This document shows, in pieces, positions 22,901-36,435 of a stretch of DNA of 64,000 nucleotides. A program made the position numbers and the translations under genes. Within the stretch, counting starts at the first letter, position 1, and each line of letters starts with the position of its first letter. This DNA is from Podarcis muralis (taxonomy: Eukaryota): positions 81,406,001 through 81,470,000 of the forward strand of contig NC_135655.1 in assembly GCF_964188315.1 (NCBI RefSeq). Reading direction: 5' to 3'. Under the pieces are notes generated by a model. That model was given only the letters and a program-made list of their open reading frames with translations, ran no database searches and was not told the origin of the DNA.

Positions 22901-25900
22901 CACACAGCCAGCAACACACTCAGAAACACCCAGATCCAGATGCATGCACACACCTACACACACAGATGCGCGCAAAGGATGCAGATCGCTCCCTCTCCCA
23001 CCTCACCAGATTGATCCTCTGGTCAGCAGGGTGAAGGAGCAATCTCCGTCCTGATCCTGGCGCTGGGATGGGTGGAGAGGTTTCAGTTTCTCTGCTCATC
23101 CCAGGGCCAGGGTGAGGATGCAGATCCTCCTTCACTCTGCTTACCAGATAATTGATCTGATTGCGGTGAGTGGAGGAGAGGGAGTGATCTGTATCGCGGT
23201 CTTGCATGAATCATCTAGGAAGGGCTTCCCAAATGTTGCAGAAATGACCCTTCATAAGGAGTATCAGAGAATCAGTTCAGCAGTTTGTTTGTTTGTTTGT
23301 TTGTTTGTTTGTTTTCCCTGCACTCCCAGAGTACAGGGAGTCTTGGGGAGGCACACACACACACACAGCTTAACAGGCTGGATATGGCTTGCAGGTCACA
23401 GGGGAACCACATGACAGCTTGTGTCCCCAGCAGACAATCCATTCCAGTTATTGGCTTAATCCACCACATTGCCGCCATTTTTCACCTAGTCCAGAGTTTG
23501 GGTAAAAGCACTTTGTCTTTTATATGGTTGGAGAAAACAAATCACAAAATGTGGCTAACCCATAAAAAGTCCATTAAGTTGCAAAACACAGACTAAAGAC
23601 CTGCCTGACGACCTCAGAAAACTGAACCCCTTTCAGCAAATCAGCTACATTTGTAGAGTCAAAGTCAAAGTTTATTTCTTGGTGCAACCATCCTGGTCAT
23701 TTCAGTCAAAAAGGAAATCAAACTATACATGACAACTTCATCACCCCTGACCATGGGCCATGCTGGCTTGGGCTGTTGGGAGTTGGAGTCTAACAACATC
23801 AGGAAAGCCACATTTTCCACACCCTGGGGTTTAAGGACCACAGGTAGAAGCCTGGGAAAGACCTCTGCCCCTAGTTCTGGAGACCTGCTCACTGAGCTAT
23901 AGTGGTCTTGAGAAGCCTTTGGCTTTGGCTTGATTCAGTTTACAGCAGCTCCTCAAACTGCATATATCCTTTCACACATGAGACTTCCCAATCTGGAGAC
24001 AGTTGCATAGCATAGTTGCCCCGATCCTATGCTGTGATGATCCAGTTGTCTGCTTTTCTCTCCTCTGTGTTTTGAATATAATTGAATACTTTCCAGCAGT
24101 AACAGGAGATAAGGGCAGTCAATAGGTATGGGATAAAATATATTTGAGATCTGGTCCAAAGTCTTCTAAAATAGGAGCTAGCTTCACACTGTGAGATGGC
24201 AATTTAACTATAAAGCAGCTCAAAAGAAACAGAGGAGAGTAACAATTTCTGGTGGTTCTTTGCTTTTCAGAACTGGTTGATACAGGGTAACAGCCAATAT
24301 TGGAGAGGAGCATATGATTGGTGGATTTGAGGGGAGACAGTGTCCTTTTTGTATATCTTCTGTTGTGTATATTACCAGGTGCCACCAGCACATGATGTTC
24401 AACGCTATGAAGAAGATGCAGACCATATTTACAGGTAAATGAACGCTGAATCAGGAAGGCAGGTTACACGGCTCACTTGTGCTGCATGTTTGTTTGCTTT
24501 TTTTTTTTTAAGAGAAGCCTTCCACAGATAATGGATCAAAACTGTACGGCATGTAAACTTTTGCTCTCTTAATGCTTAGTTAGCACTGCATCAAAGGCTA
24601 CCAGAAATGGTCACTGGTAAAAGGCAAGCTTATCTCCATTCATATGCATACATATGCATCTATACCATACCACAACCCCAGAAGTAAGTTTTATAACTGT
24701 TGAATGGCTTCAAGGAGCTTGCTTCCCCACTATCTGCCAGAAAGAACAATCTGTCAGTTGCCCTGGGGCTGAGAGCTGAAGGAAAGCACACTTTGGCTCC
24801 ACCCATTGTGTTGGGTCTGAGGAGAAGCTTGTGCATCTCATATACGTTCTTAACACAAAAGGGGGGAACCAAACAGAGAGGCCTGTCTGTTCATATAGTC
24901 CTTTTATCATTCTTATTCCAGAGCTTTAAATGTCCCAATCGGTGATATAAACTTTTTTGAAACTCTTGAACGTTAATAAGGACAGGTTGATTCATTTAAG
25001 CATAGCATGATTATTTTTCAGAATAGGGAACTGTGCCATCATTTTAAGCAGAAGGAACATTCTTTCGTACTACTCATATGCTTGATTTTACATGCATTGT
25101 GTGTCAGGGGTACCTGGGCTGGAAATTATCCCCATTTCCAAGAACCCTCAAGCAAATCACAAAGTATAATTTTTGGACTCCAAAGAAGGTGAAAATTCCT
25201 CTTGAAAAAACTCAACTCAGCTTATTAGCTATAATTCACATATAATCTTGCCTGTAGTTAACTAGATAATGGTATCAGGCTGGCTTCAGGTCAAGGGTAT
25301 CCAGCATGGGCAATGGCCAGGGATGAAGAGAGTTGTAGTTCAACAACAAGAGGCTACCATGTTGGCTACCCCCCTGCTTTAGATGTATGAATTTAGTGAA
25401 GAAGGTGAGGGATGAGATTAGATTTGTTGCAACTTGACCTTCTTTCATATGTTTGGATGTATATAGGGGTGGGGAGAGATGAACCATGCTATACGTGGTC
25501 AGTGTGATTTATCCCAGGTGGACTAAGACACCCCACCCCCACTGGCAGCATGCCTTGAGAAATGGAGGCAATCAGTGGGAGGGCAGATACTGCTGCCATA
25601 TGGCTTTCCTGAATCAGATACAGTACATGGAACTGATGCACCAGTTGCGGAATGAGGATGTGGGAGAGTTTTTCGTTAAAAGGATCTCAGGCACATTGTA
25701 GCAGCAGTGAGTAGCTTCCTGGTATGTGGATTATTGTTGCTTACCGGGAAGCAGAAGGTCAAAGTGATGGGGAGGTCAGTGTGGTGCAAATGCACTAGCA
25801 GACCCAATTTAGTGCTCCTGCTGGTGCATTTGCTATGTGCCAACCTTCCTGTCCTTCCACATCTCCTGGTAAGTAACGATGGCCCACCTGCTAGGAAGCT

Positions 25901-27718
25901 AGTGTAGTGACTCTACCCCCACCCAGTGATCCATTTCTGCCTTCTAAGTTTTTGAGGTTGGTAGCAGTTAAGGAGTAGCCAGGGTTGGGGTCTATGTGTG
26001 AACATGCATGATGGACAAAGGGAACATGGTTCATTGTAGAATTTTAATAACGTCCTTCCTCCTTTCCTTCAGTCATAAATTTGGCTTTCTATTCCCTCTA
26101 GCAAAGTGCAAACTCCACAGCCAGTGCTCTCTTCGTCTTCATTCACCACACCTGCTCAACAGTTGGATGAACTTTTGGCTTGCTTGGGAACAATCCAGGA
26201 CCAGGTGAGTCACAGACCTGGCTGACCCTCTGCAGGAGAAACAACAGCAGTTTCTGGGAAATGATAGTGAAGCCCCAAGACTGTAGGAATGCTTAATGTT
26301 TTTTGTGGTTATTGTATTAGCCATAGAAAATTAAAAGCAGAAGTTACATTCCCATCTCCAGCTTAGGCAGAAGAAAAACTAAGGCAGAAGACAGGCTGCA
26401 ATAAAAATTAACAGAAGGTGTAGGTTGTGCGGGGAGAGGGGACACTTCTGTGGGACAAGATAGAAAAGGTTCATGCATGGTGATCCAGGAAAAGCTTTGT
26501 AGAATAAGTGAGATTTAGGAGTTTTAAGTGGAGAGAGAGAGGAAACTTGAGTAATACAGAAGATGAGAGTATTTTTTATGTATAGGGAGGAAGATTTGTG
26601 GCACTGTTAAAATTCACCATGTTGAGTATATCTATCTATCTCCTCTTTTGCTGTTAAGTATTATTTGCTTGTTTTACTGTGCTTGATGTGTTATCACTTT
26701 ATTTTTTCCATTGTTAACCACTTTTGAGTTATTGATAAGAAATGTGGAGGGTTGTTTTTTTAAAAAATAAAAAAGTAAATAGAAATAAATGAATGAAAAA
26801 GTGAAAGCCCAAATCATTTGCTTTTCTGCAGATCTCAGATGGGAAGGAAGGTCCTGAGAAGCCATCACCAGCCAAACAGAATACCATTGACAACCTAGAC
26901 AGCATGTTGCAGGGCCTGACACATGATATGCAGGACCTTGGTGTTGCCACTGTGGCCAAGGGCCACTGTGCTTCCTGCCACAAACTCATCGTTGGAAAGG
27001 TAGGAGAGGGAGAGAGAGAGAGAGAGAGAATCGACCTCTCCGGTAGTTTTCAGCCCCACTGGGTTAGAGGTTTGTTATGAACAACCAATGGTTTGTCACA
27101 TATCTGCTTTGTGAAGTGTTTGGTTTGCCTCAGATAGAAGGAAGGGATTTCTTCTCCTGCAGTTTGGTCATTTAATGTCTGCCACATATTGCTGAGGGTC
27201 CTGCCCTCTCAACCCAAAGTGGTCCTGTGGTGCACTGAGCAATGTGGGGCTTGTTGATTAGAAACATGGACCCATGACAAACGTCTGAGAGACATCCTGT
27301 TGGAAAGGGACGTGTGCCTCTAAACTCTCCTCTTGGGCTTGCTGGTTTCTAGGTAATTACAGCGCTGGGAAAGACGTGGCACCCTGAACACTTCACCTGT
27401 GCCCATTGTGGAAAGGAAGTGAGCTCTATCCCCTTCTATGAGCGGGACAGCAAGGCCTACTGCCCTGAAGACTACCACGATCTCTTCTCTCCTCACTGCG
27501 CTTACTGTGCTGCACCGATCAAGGAGGTACGTCATGTTAGCCTCACCTTCTGACTGCTATTGCTCCCTTTGATTTGACTCGATTATTGACTTTCTGTATC
27601 ATTTAATGTATTAAAGAATATCTCTAAGCGGTGTACAAAAAACTGAAGCACCAACAGACAACTCAAACAAAATATTGCAAAAATACAGAGTTACATATAA
27701 AAATTTTACATCAAAACA

Positions 27719-27756
<38 letters not shown>

Positions 27757-28210
27757 CTACTGGCACACCCTCCCTCTCAGCCTCTGGGTCCTCACCCAGG
27801 GTCCAAACAAACTCTTGGCCCACCTACAAAAGTCTCACATCAAGAAGAGTTTCTGGAAACAGCAGACATCACCCTAGTCTCTCACTCTAGACTTGTTTCT
27901 TTGGGCAGGCCCAAGGTGGATAGTACTTCCTCAGGCTGTGTCCAACTCAGCTGTACTCTCTGCACCCAGTTCCAGGTTTGTTGAGTTTCCAGGGGGTGAT
28001 TTCTTTCATCAATGAAGAACATACAAATAGGAACTTAATGATCAAGTGAACAGTATTTGGGGAGCTGTAGAGTTCTATACCACCCAATGGCCCCCCAAGG
28101 TGTGTAGGGGGGGTTATTGTTTTTGTTTGCTATTATGCTATGCATTTTTGTGTTTTAATACTATAAACCGTAATACTGTGATTCTCAAATGAAGAACAGT
28201 ATGGAAATTT

Positions 28211-28261
<51 letters not shown>

Positions 28262-31200
28262 GGGCCCCTCCACTCACATCTCTTTCTTCACCCTCTCTCT
28301 CCTCCTCCAGCTGCTTTGAGAGAAGGTTCTGATTCAGAGCAAGAGCAAGTTGAGAGTTTATCCAATCTGCCTTACTCTCCCTGCCCCCACCTTCCTTTGC
28401 CCTTTTAACCATCAGTGTTGAAATCCCACGACCATTTCTTCTCCTTTTCTTTGCAGAAAATCCTCACAGCCATGGATCGCACCTGGCACCCAGAGCATTT
28501 CTTCTGCGCTCACTGTGGGAAAGTGTTTGGCAATGATGGTACGTCTTCTTCATCTCCCTCAGCCCCTGACCCTTCCCTCAGCTATTCCATGCTTGCTTGC
28601 ACTGTAAAAATCCACACAATTTTTGCCTTTTCAATCTTCACTTGCTGCTCCCTGCCATTTGAAACCTCCCTTTCCCACCCTACCTTCTTTTTCAGCCAGA
28701 CTAAAATCTGCTAAATCGCAATTGTTTTCTGCAAAATCCTAACTACTCTTCACCAGGGAACAATTCTCGTTGAGCTCAGAGGGACTTGCTTCTGAGTAAA
28801 CATGCTTAGGATTGCATTGTGTAGCATTTTGGTATCAGGGAGGCCGGAGTACTCTTTCCACAGAGCTGACAAGACGATTCTCTGACATCCTGCAGCTGCC
28901 TGTCATACCAATGCATACATTCAAAAGTATGTTATATTTGGGGAAATTGCTTGGAAGACTGTGTTTGTTTGACAGAATTGTATTAAAAATGTGTATATTG
29001 GAAGAAGTGCACACTAAAATATTGATGGAATTAACTTAAGGTGGGAAACAGAGAAATCAAAATTGGCAGATTTGTTTGTCCCCACTCTAAAGCATTTTCA
29101 TTCACATTGATCTCAATGGGAGAGGTATGCTTTACTGTCCCACTGAAACCAATGAGGCAAGTTAAGTGCTTAATTTTGATTGAATCATCCCCCTGGTATT
29201 TAGTATAAGTACTAAAGCCTCTTAGTGTGACCCCGGAAGCCTGGCTAAAAGCAGAAGCAACTCAGTCACCTCTTCAGGGCTGTTAAACTAAGGCATTGAG
29301 ATGACCAGAAAGTTTATGGAATTATTGTAACTCTTTCAAAAAGACCTGAAGCTGTGAAAACACTGTTGGTTCAAGATGTGGGCATGCTTAGAGGAGACTA
29401 TTGAAATCAGTGGGACAAATGAGTCAGAAGTAAGTCTGGATCCAATGCAGTACATAGAAGTCACCCATAATGTGCTCAACTTGACCTGACATGAGAACCA
29501 GCCAGGATTCATGAGTGACAACTTGTTTGCTAAAACACGCATCACTCTTTCTAAGTTGTGATCTGTAAGAGACTGTTTTGGGAATTCTATAGTGACTCGG
29601 AGTCACTATGGTATCAGCATTCTACCAAAGCATCACAGTTCTCATTGAAAGCTTGTGTCTGTGTCCTAGGAGGAAGTCAGTGCATTGTGACTTATTATTT
29701 CCTTCTCTGAATAACCATCAGAAAAGCGTAAACACACTTGTGCTCACTGTGGGACTTTTGATCACAGACTGGCTCTGATGTGCTCCCAGGAGCCCAGCTC
29801 CAGTAATTGGCCCCCAAGTGGGTTAACTGAGCACATAGTGCTCAAGTCCCCAGACTGCTAATTATAACTAGAGCGCAGAAAGTTTTGTGGGTGAATTTAG
29901 AGTCTGACTCGTCCCTGAACTCTGTGGATTGGTTCCTTTTGCCAGCTCATGGCAACCATTCTTTGCCATTGGAGTGGCTTCTCCTGAAAACACCCCAGTG
30001 TTATTGCTTCACGCTATTAGAAGCAACTTTGAGAAATGTGCTAGCGTTGCAACAGTTTCTTAATCCTTGGTGTGACGATGGCTCAGCTTCCGTTGCTTCC
30101 TTTGAGCAATTATGGATTGATGAGCTGTAAGCATTTTAGGGGAACTGTCACTGCAAGAGTTTAGCAAAGCATTGTGTGATCCTATTGTTGCGACTGGCCT
30201 ATGACTGTACCAGATTATTCTTAGAATCGGTATGGATTAGTGCAGTTTAGCTGGCCAGCAGCACGAACAGCCCAATCTGCTTGGATGAGTTGTTGCATTT
30301 TTGTTTTTGGGAGGAAAAGAGCAGCCTGCCTAGAACCTGAGTACTCTAATTTCCCAATAATTAACATGCTTTAGTTGTGAAAAATATATTTGAGCCCAGG
30401 TGGACCGCTTAGAGTTTTCTGCTGAAATGTGGAGTGATCTATTAAGTAAATAAACAATATGTTCCCAAGACAAACCATGAACCAGGCAGATCAGTTGAAG
30501 GAATCTCGATCACAAGGACCTGTTGAGTACTTAATGTTCCCAAGGGAGGCACCCCGGGGAGTAAAACACCCAAAGTAAACTAGACATGGCTTACTGGGCC
30601 CATGCAGAAAAACCATTCGGCAGAAGCTGATCACATTCAGCCTTTTGATGTTGATTTGACTGGAAGGTAGTGGGTCAAAATCCCAACGAAGGCAAGAATA
30701 AGATCATGGGCAGAATTCATGTAACAGACCCATTTGTGGTAGGGCTTCCACTTGTGCAGTGGGGCTTCTCCTTCTCTCCCACCCCCAGCCCCCTGAAATT
30801 GGCTTGGGGAACCCCCAAAACAGCACCAGAGGGAGGAAGATTGTTCCATCTGATATGGTTATATACTTGCACAGATGGATTGTTTGTAATAGTGTGATGC
30901 TGAATTCCACCCCCTTGGCTCCACATTCGTGTGAAAGGGAGCCACCTACAAGGCTGATTCTGACTACTGAGAAGACAGGCAGAGAAAGGCTGAGAGGATC
31001 AAAGAGCAGCTGACCACCTTTTTGCAGTGAAGGAGGGACGCTTATTTTCTCGAGGGGTTCTGAGAAGGGACACTTATCTGCTAAAGAGAGAGGAGATAAT
31101 AATAGATAAACATTGGTTGGGTGATGTCGAATCTTCACCGGTGGGATGGGAGACCCCCAGAAAAGCAAGTGGGACAAGCAGATATGATTGTGCTGATGGA

Positions 31201-33281
31201 ATAATCTTATTGCTACATTGAATACAAACCATGGTATGCTGTTCCTCTTCTCTAAAAGCTCTGTCTCCCCATACTTACTCTACAGGTTTCCAAGAGAAGG
31301 ATGGGAAGCCATATTGCCAAAAGGATTTCATGGCCCTTTTTTCTTCCAAGTGCAAAGGCTGTGACAAGCCTGTGATGAATCAGTATCTGTCAGCACTGAA
31401 TGCTGTCTGGCACCCTGAGTGCTTTGTGTGTGGGGTAAGTAAATCCAGAATAGCCTGCTCCAGTTAGAGGTCATTCTGGGTTGCTGGGCGGAAAACCTAT
31501 ATACGCCACGAAACTTGTATTGAGGAGGTTGCTAACAGAACCAAGAATTATGAAGTCCAGACAGAGTTCAGATAGGATTTAGCTGCAATCCTGCACACAG
31601 TTAGGTTGCTTAAATCTCCAAAACATGATTCATTCCTTTGTTTGAAAAAATGTATATTGCTCCTCACTGAATTTGATTCCAGGGCAGGTAACAAAATTAA
31701 AATATCAATAAAACAATAAATCTCCAAAATAAAAACAAATAAGCAATGACTTTAATGGGTTTTAAAAGCTGGTGTGCAGGACGACAGCCCTTTCCCAAAT
31801 AGAAAACTGTCAAAGCTCTTTGAACTGCAAAGTTCAGGTTTTATTCTTCATGAAATTTTTATTAAGATTTTCTTAATAAGATTTTCTCAGGATTAAGACA
31901 GTGAAATTACAACTACAGAAAATACAAATCAAATAAGTAAAAGACAGAGTTCTCTCTTAAAAGTAATTCTTGGCCCTTACCACACACAGAGGACAGTAGC
32001 TTATTCCAACCCTCACCTGGAATATTTCCTTTCTCCTCCTATACTCTCACCCTGGGAGACTAACATTTGCTGTCTCTCATCCAGGGTCCTCCATCAACCC
32101 ATATATCACCCCCATGAGTATACAATCTCTGGACCTTAATAAGGGCCCTATACATAGGACTCTAAAGAGAGAAGAAAAAGAAGAAAAACAAAGGAGAAAC
32201 AGAAAACAAAAAGAAAGGGACAACAGAAAGAAAGAAAAGAAAAATAGAGAAGAGTAAATTAAAAAAGTCAAAAGAAATAGAAAAACATTCTACAGGAAAA
32301 ACAAAGTTCAGATTTTAAAAACCAAATCGTGAAAACAAAAACTTGATTTGCAGAATTTAAATACTAGTTGCATACTGTAACACCCCCCCACACACCTGAA
32401 CTGCCAGATTCCTAAGCATCCTTCAAGTGATTCCTGGTCCATGCCTCTAGCCCCACCCACAGACTTCCATGTGTTGGTGCAGACATCCTCACTACAGATA
32501 CCTGTGCATGAGCAGCTGCTTCTTTGTGTGAAGGCTTCTTCAGTGCAGGCATCTGTGGATGTCCATAAGTGGGGCCACCACTAGGCTCCATTGCCAGGAG
32601 CAGGGCCTGCAGTGCATGCCTACTCCCTGCTTATCACAATTCATATGTGAAGGGGGATCTGGTTTCAGATCAAAATGTTTCTATTTTAAAACTTCATTTT
32701 TCAATTTTAAAATTTCATTTTTCAAAAATAATAACAAAGGAACAAGAGCAGAATTATTTTTGATGGGGAAACTGCAAATTCTGACAAATGTGGACTCTAT
32801 AAAGCACTAAATATAAACTACAAAGCTGAAAAATTGATTTAAAGCAAGAACCAAAACACAAACGTGAAGAACTTATTTCAAAACAGTAGCTGACTGGTGA
32901 TGGTCATGATAACTCTATCCAGACTCTGTACAGTATGCTGACTGGCTTGTTCTTATGTAAATCCCAGAAATAGTTATTTTCTGATGCCCTAACACAGGCT
33001 TCCTCTGCTTTCAGGACTGTTTTTGCAGCTTTCAAGATGGTTCCTTCTTTGAATTAAACGGACGTCCCTATTGTGAGCTTCACTACCACCACCACCAGGG
33101 AACAGTGTGCTTTGGTTGTGGGAAGCCCATTGTGGGGCGCTGTGTCAGTGCCATGGGGCACAAGTTCCACCCGGAGCACTTTGTCTGTGCCTTTTGCCTC
33201 ACCCAGTTGCACAATGGCATCTTCCAGGAGCAGAATGGCAAGACCTACTGCCACACCTGCTTCAACAAACTCTTTGTCTGA
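19917..33281 (+). CDS. LPXN: Leupaxin (paxillin family, LD motifs + 4 LIM domains), complete: join(19917-19929,22535-22704,24379-24434,26102-26204,26832-26999,27353-27526,28457-28538,31286-31434,33015-33281) = 1182 nt, 393 aa
   Basis: Spliced [15 protein letters not shown]...[10 protein letters not shown]...[29 protein letters not shown]...four LIM domains...CFNKLFV*. All introns are GT-AG with matching phases. The short N-terminus and the position next to ZFP91 favour LPXN over PXN/TGFB1I1. Confidence 0.95.
21948..22424. mobile_element. Tigger-like MITE with eroded left end, nested in a GATCCACAC-type MITE (~21792-22452)
   Basis: Right TIR AAGGTACCACTG; the host ends ATCCACACC...GGTGTGGAT match the intact host copy at ~42203-42364. 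Confidence 0.65.
22535..22704 (+). CDS. LPXN: LPXN exon 2 (DALLAELEQ...APAKK)
   Basis: TTTTGTTTAG acceptor, GTATTC donor, LD1 motif. Confidence 0.92.
22978..23195. repeat. Long imperfect inverted repeat (arms ~22978-23080 and ~23087-23195, 6-nt spacer) in LPXN intron 2
   Basis: GATGCAGATCGCTCCCTCTCC...GCAGGGTGAAGGAG pairs with CTCCTTCACTCTGC...GGAGAGGGAGTGATCTGTATC. Confidence 0.85.
24379..24434 (+). CDS. LPXN: LPXN exon 3 ([19 protein letters not shown])
   Basis: 56 bp, phase 0 to 2, GTAAAT donor; HIYS resembles paxillin-family phosphotyrosine sites. Confidence 0.8.
26102..26204 (+). CDS. LPXN: LPXN exon 4 ([13 protein letters not shown] motif)
   Basis: TTCCCTCTAG acceptor, GTGAGT donor. 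Confidence 0.92.
26832..26999 (+). CDS. LPXN: LPXN exon 5 ([11 protein letters not shown] motif, start of LIM1)
   Basis: 168 bp, AG/GT borders. Confidence 0.95.
27353..27526 (+). CDS. LPXN: LPXN exon 6 (LIM1/LIM2)
   Basis: [19 protein letters not shown]...[14 protein letters not shown] borders. Confidence 0.96.
27719..27753. repeat. (AC)n microsatellite
   Basis: Direct reading. Confidence 0.95.
28211..28261. repeat. (TAG)n microsatellite
   Basis: Direct reading. Confidence 0.95.
28457..28538 (+). CDS. LPXN: LPXN exon 7 (LIM2)
   Basis: [27 protein letters not shown]. Confidence 0.96.
31286..31434 (+). CDS. LPXN: LPXN exon 8 (LIM2/LIM3)
   Basis: [15 protein letters not shown]...[15 protein letters not shown] donor. 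Confidence 0.96.
33015..33281 (+). CDS. LPXN: LPXN exon 9 (LIM3/LIM4, stop TGA)
   Basis: [24 protein letters not shown]...[15 protein letters not shown]...CFNKLFV*. Confidence 0.96.
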   Translation, partial: DCFCSFQDGSFFELNGRPYCELHYHHHQGTVCFGCGKPIVGRCVSAMGHKFHPEHFVCAFCLTQLHNGIFQEQNGKTYCHTCFNKLFV

Positions 33282-34340
33282 CCGGAAGCTGCAGGGAGCA
33301 TATTTCTTCTCTCAGGCCTTTGCATGAGAAACAGGCAAGGGCAAAAACGATTTTGAGGGACAAAGGCTGCAATCCTGTGCCCACTTACTTGAGAGGGAGT
33401 TCCACTGAACATAATAGGACTTACTCCTGGGTAAAGAAGCATAGGATTAAGCTGTAAGAAATGCAGTGATGGAAATATGCTGTTGCAGCAATATCCATCA
33501 ATGCACCTAACAGCTTCAACACACCCAGATCCTCAACTGCGAGGCAATTGCTCTACTCCACTGTGTTTCAAACAACTTTTGCCAGCTTACAGTAGTTTAT
33601 CAGAAACAGTAGCCTCTAAGTAATATTGTCTCTTCATCCCGTATCCTTTCCTGCTGGCAATAGCAAGTATTTTATTTACTCATTGAAAAAAATATCCATC
33701 TACACAAAACATATTACATTGATATGTGTTGTTTACTATGCAATCCTATGCATGCCTATTCAGAAGTAAGTTGCACTTGGATTTACTCCAAGGTAAATGT
33801 GTATATGTTTGTACCCAGGCAAACCAATCCTATTCACTAATTGTGTCAGATAAGGGAGATACACACTAGAGGAGAGCAACAACCATACCCTCCTCCCAAA
33901 GCCCACTGCACAGGGACTGTGCCAGCAGCAATGCCCACATGCCACCCAAAGAGGTGTGATGGTGGTGAATATCATATAGTTGTGCATTACACATTTGCGC
34001 TTTTGACTGGCAGGAGTACCATGCACAGGCAAACTTGGCTGCCCCCATTTTGCTAACCTGCTGAATCTCACACATGTGTTCAAGCTCTCTTTCGCCAATT
34101 CATTAGAATAGCTTCCTATCTTAGAATACTCCCCATGTTTTTCAAGGACACTGTGCTGGATGCCTAGATATTTTCAACATGTTCTTTGTAACTGAACAGG
34201 TAGCATGCATTGAAAAATAAACATCACTTTTCTATTGGTTATATGAGTGCTTCTTTGCGTTCCAGGACTGTCTTTGGTACAGTTTAGTTCTTGTGTGTAT
34301 CACATAGGGATCATGGTTGCTTCAAGTGAGGATTTGAATA

Positions 34341-34724
34341 AGGGATGGGGGGGAATTTATTTCAATTCATATTTGAAGTTGAAGCTGCCTAATTCACACT
34401 TTGTGAATTGCTATGCAAACTTAAACCTAGTCATCCTTCAGAATTCATGCGTCACTAAATATTGCAATGCAGTTCTCCAGCCAAGGAATGTGTATAAAAA
34501 TGCATATATTACAGAAAACAGCATACAGAAAATGCATTATATTAGGCAAAATTGCTTGCAAAATGTTTATATTAGAAGAAATTCACACTAAAATGGTGAT
34601 GAATTTTCATAAAGACTTTTCCCCCAAAAAAATTCAGATGATGTGGAAATGTCGAAAACTGAATTTAAGATTGGAAAAATGAGAAACAGAGAGAAACTGA
34701 AATTGACAGATTCTTCCATCCCTA
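34341..34724. mobile_element. Dispersed MITE-like repeat with AGGGATGG...CCATCCCT ends; related copies at ~17780-18200, 28890-29090, 32690-32900, 62503-62930
   Basis: Shared AT-rich core (TGCATATATT..AGAAAA..TGCATTATATTAGG); boundaries approximate. Confidence 0.65.
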
Positions 34725-34844
34725 ATCTGAGTTAGCAAGTACATACAGGGGCCTTATTGATTTATTAGCGAAACAATATCATGGTGGACAGAAGAAAATT
34801 AACAAAATTACATTCATACCAGGGTTGCCCCTCTGTAAACTTCC

Positions 34845-35426
34845 ATGCAGGGCTGACTTTAAGGTTTCTAGAGCACAAAAATAACAAGAGAATATGGCTA
34901 GTCAGTGCCAACAATGGCAACTCTTCCCAGTAGGTCTTGCCCCAATGAAGCAGTTGCAAGGTCTGAAGGCCCCCACCTTCCCATCACTCTCTAAGGCTCC
35001 TCCTCTCCAAGGTCTTTCCCAAGCAGTTGCAAACTGTGTTTGCGCACAGCCAATCTCTGCTCTGCTCTTTTCATTTCTCAGCATGATCTAGGAGACCAGG
35101 GGGGAGGAGAGCTGGTTGCAGCAGGAGGGAGAGACTCCCTAGATTCTTCAGCAGCCTGTCTTCACTCTGCCTCTTGGCCAACCTCCTCTCCAGCCTCTGC
35201 TTCAGCCTTGGAGACTGAACTGCTCTCTGCCACGGCCTCTTCCTGCTCACCACACCCTGTTACCTCTTCTGCTTCTGACACCTCTTCCTCCCAGTCTTCT
35301 TCCTCTTCTCCCACTGACCGCTCACTGTTGTCCCACCACCAGTTCCCTGGCTGTGAGCCTTCTTCCCTTGGGAGTTCCCCGGTTGGTGCCTCCCATCCCT
35401 CCTCTGCATCCTGCCAGTGTATGACA
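34845..35426 (-). mobile_element. Solo-LTR-like element, family B (~580 bp), carrying a decayed acidic ORF
   Basis: Minus strand starts TGTCATA; imperfect 5-bp TSD CTTCC/TTTCC; left end less certain. Confidence 0.65.
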
Positions 35427-36435
35427 TTTCCCCACAAAGCAGAGTAATTTCTTATTAAATAGGCCAATGTTATCTAATCTCCCTGCAAAAAACTCCAACT
35501 CACACACATTGATCGCTTGAGAAACAAGTTAGCTGGAAACACCCAAGTTGACAAGCTGACAACTTTCTTTTTGTACTTTATTATTTTTAATTTTTCGCCT
35601 CCTTCCCCCTCTGTTTTGTATCACATCTCTGCCAGATGAAAAGCTCTGGAGACTCAAAAGCTTGCCATGCTTTTGTGACATTATGGTTGGTCCCAGTATA
35701 AGTGTTGTCCAACTGTGGAAAAGAAGTGTCGTTTTTAATGACAAAAAAAATCACTGTAGTTTTTCTCTCTTCAACACCCTTAGGGAGAAAGCTCCACTGT
35801 ACTAATTAAATACTTAAACAGGAAATTGTCCAACATTTTGTTTGACTAAATAATGGGGAACCAATCCCCCTACTTATTTCAAAAATTCTTGTACATGCTG
35901 TAAGTATATTGAATATGTTAGGCAATACTAAGTACTGTAGATAAAACTGCAGAAGATCAGCCAGGCTTTCCAGGTCTACTAGTTTAAAAATAGAGCTCAA
36001 AACAATTCTCCATCATCCGCTGACTTGAATTAGGCTGCTGAGATCAGGAAACCTGGGTGGTGGTAGTAGGGGGAACAGGAATAGAATTGGGTGAAAACTC
36101 CAGTTCTGGTACCGTACTGAAAATAATCCTCAGGCTAAGCTAGTGCTCAGAGGTGCCACGTTCTATAATTGTGTCCATCTTCCAGGAAACACCATTTTGC
36201 TGCTGGCTCTGGTTGGTGGACCTCAGGTTTCTAGTGAAAAACAAGTTGATCCTTCAAACCTAAAGTTTGCCTGCCTCTGCCACAGATGATCAGAGCGGTG
36301 AAGCCTGTTCAGAGGTGCATTTAGGGCAGTGCAACTGGTTCCCCCACACAACTGACATAGAGCAGAACGGAAGGTGAGAGGCAGATTTGTGTGGATTCTG
36401 GCATTGCTGAAATTTCAAAGGCCCAAATCCAGCCC

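Noticed and set aside
24271-24286. Possible extra LPXN micro-exon after TGCTTTTCAG
   Set aside because: The 9-exon model is already in frame and of the expected length; no peptide support
35162-35467. Host gene encoding a Glu-rich protein (also 36608-36970)
   Set aside because: The ORF-track starts lie outside the LTR boundaries in flanking DNA; there are no splice signals and the frames belong to repeats. Kept only as an LTR-borne frame.
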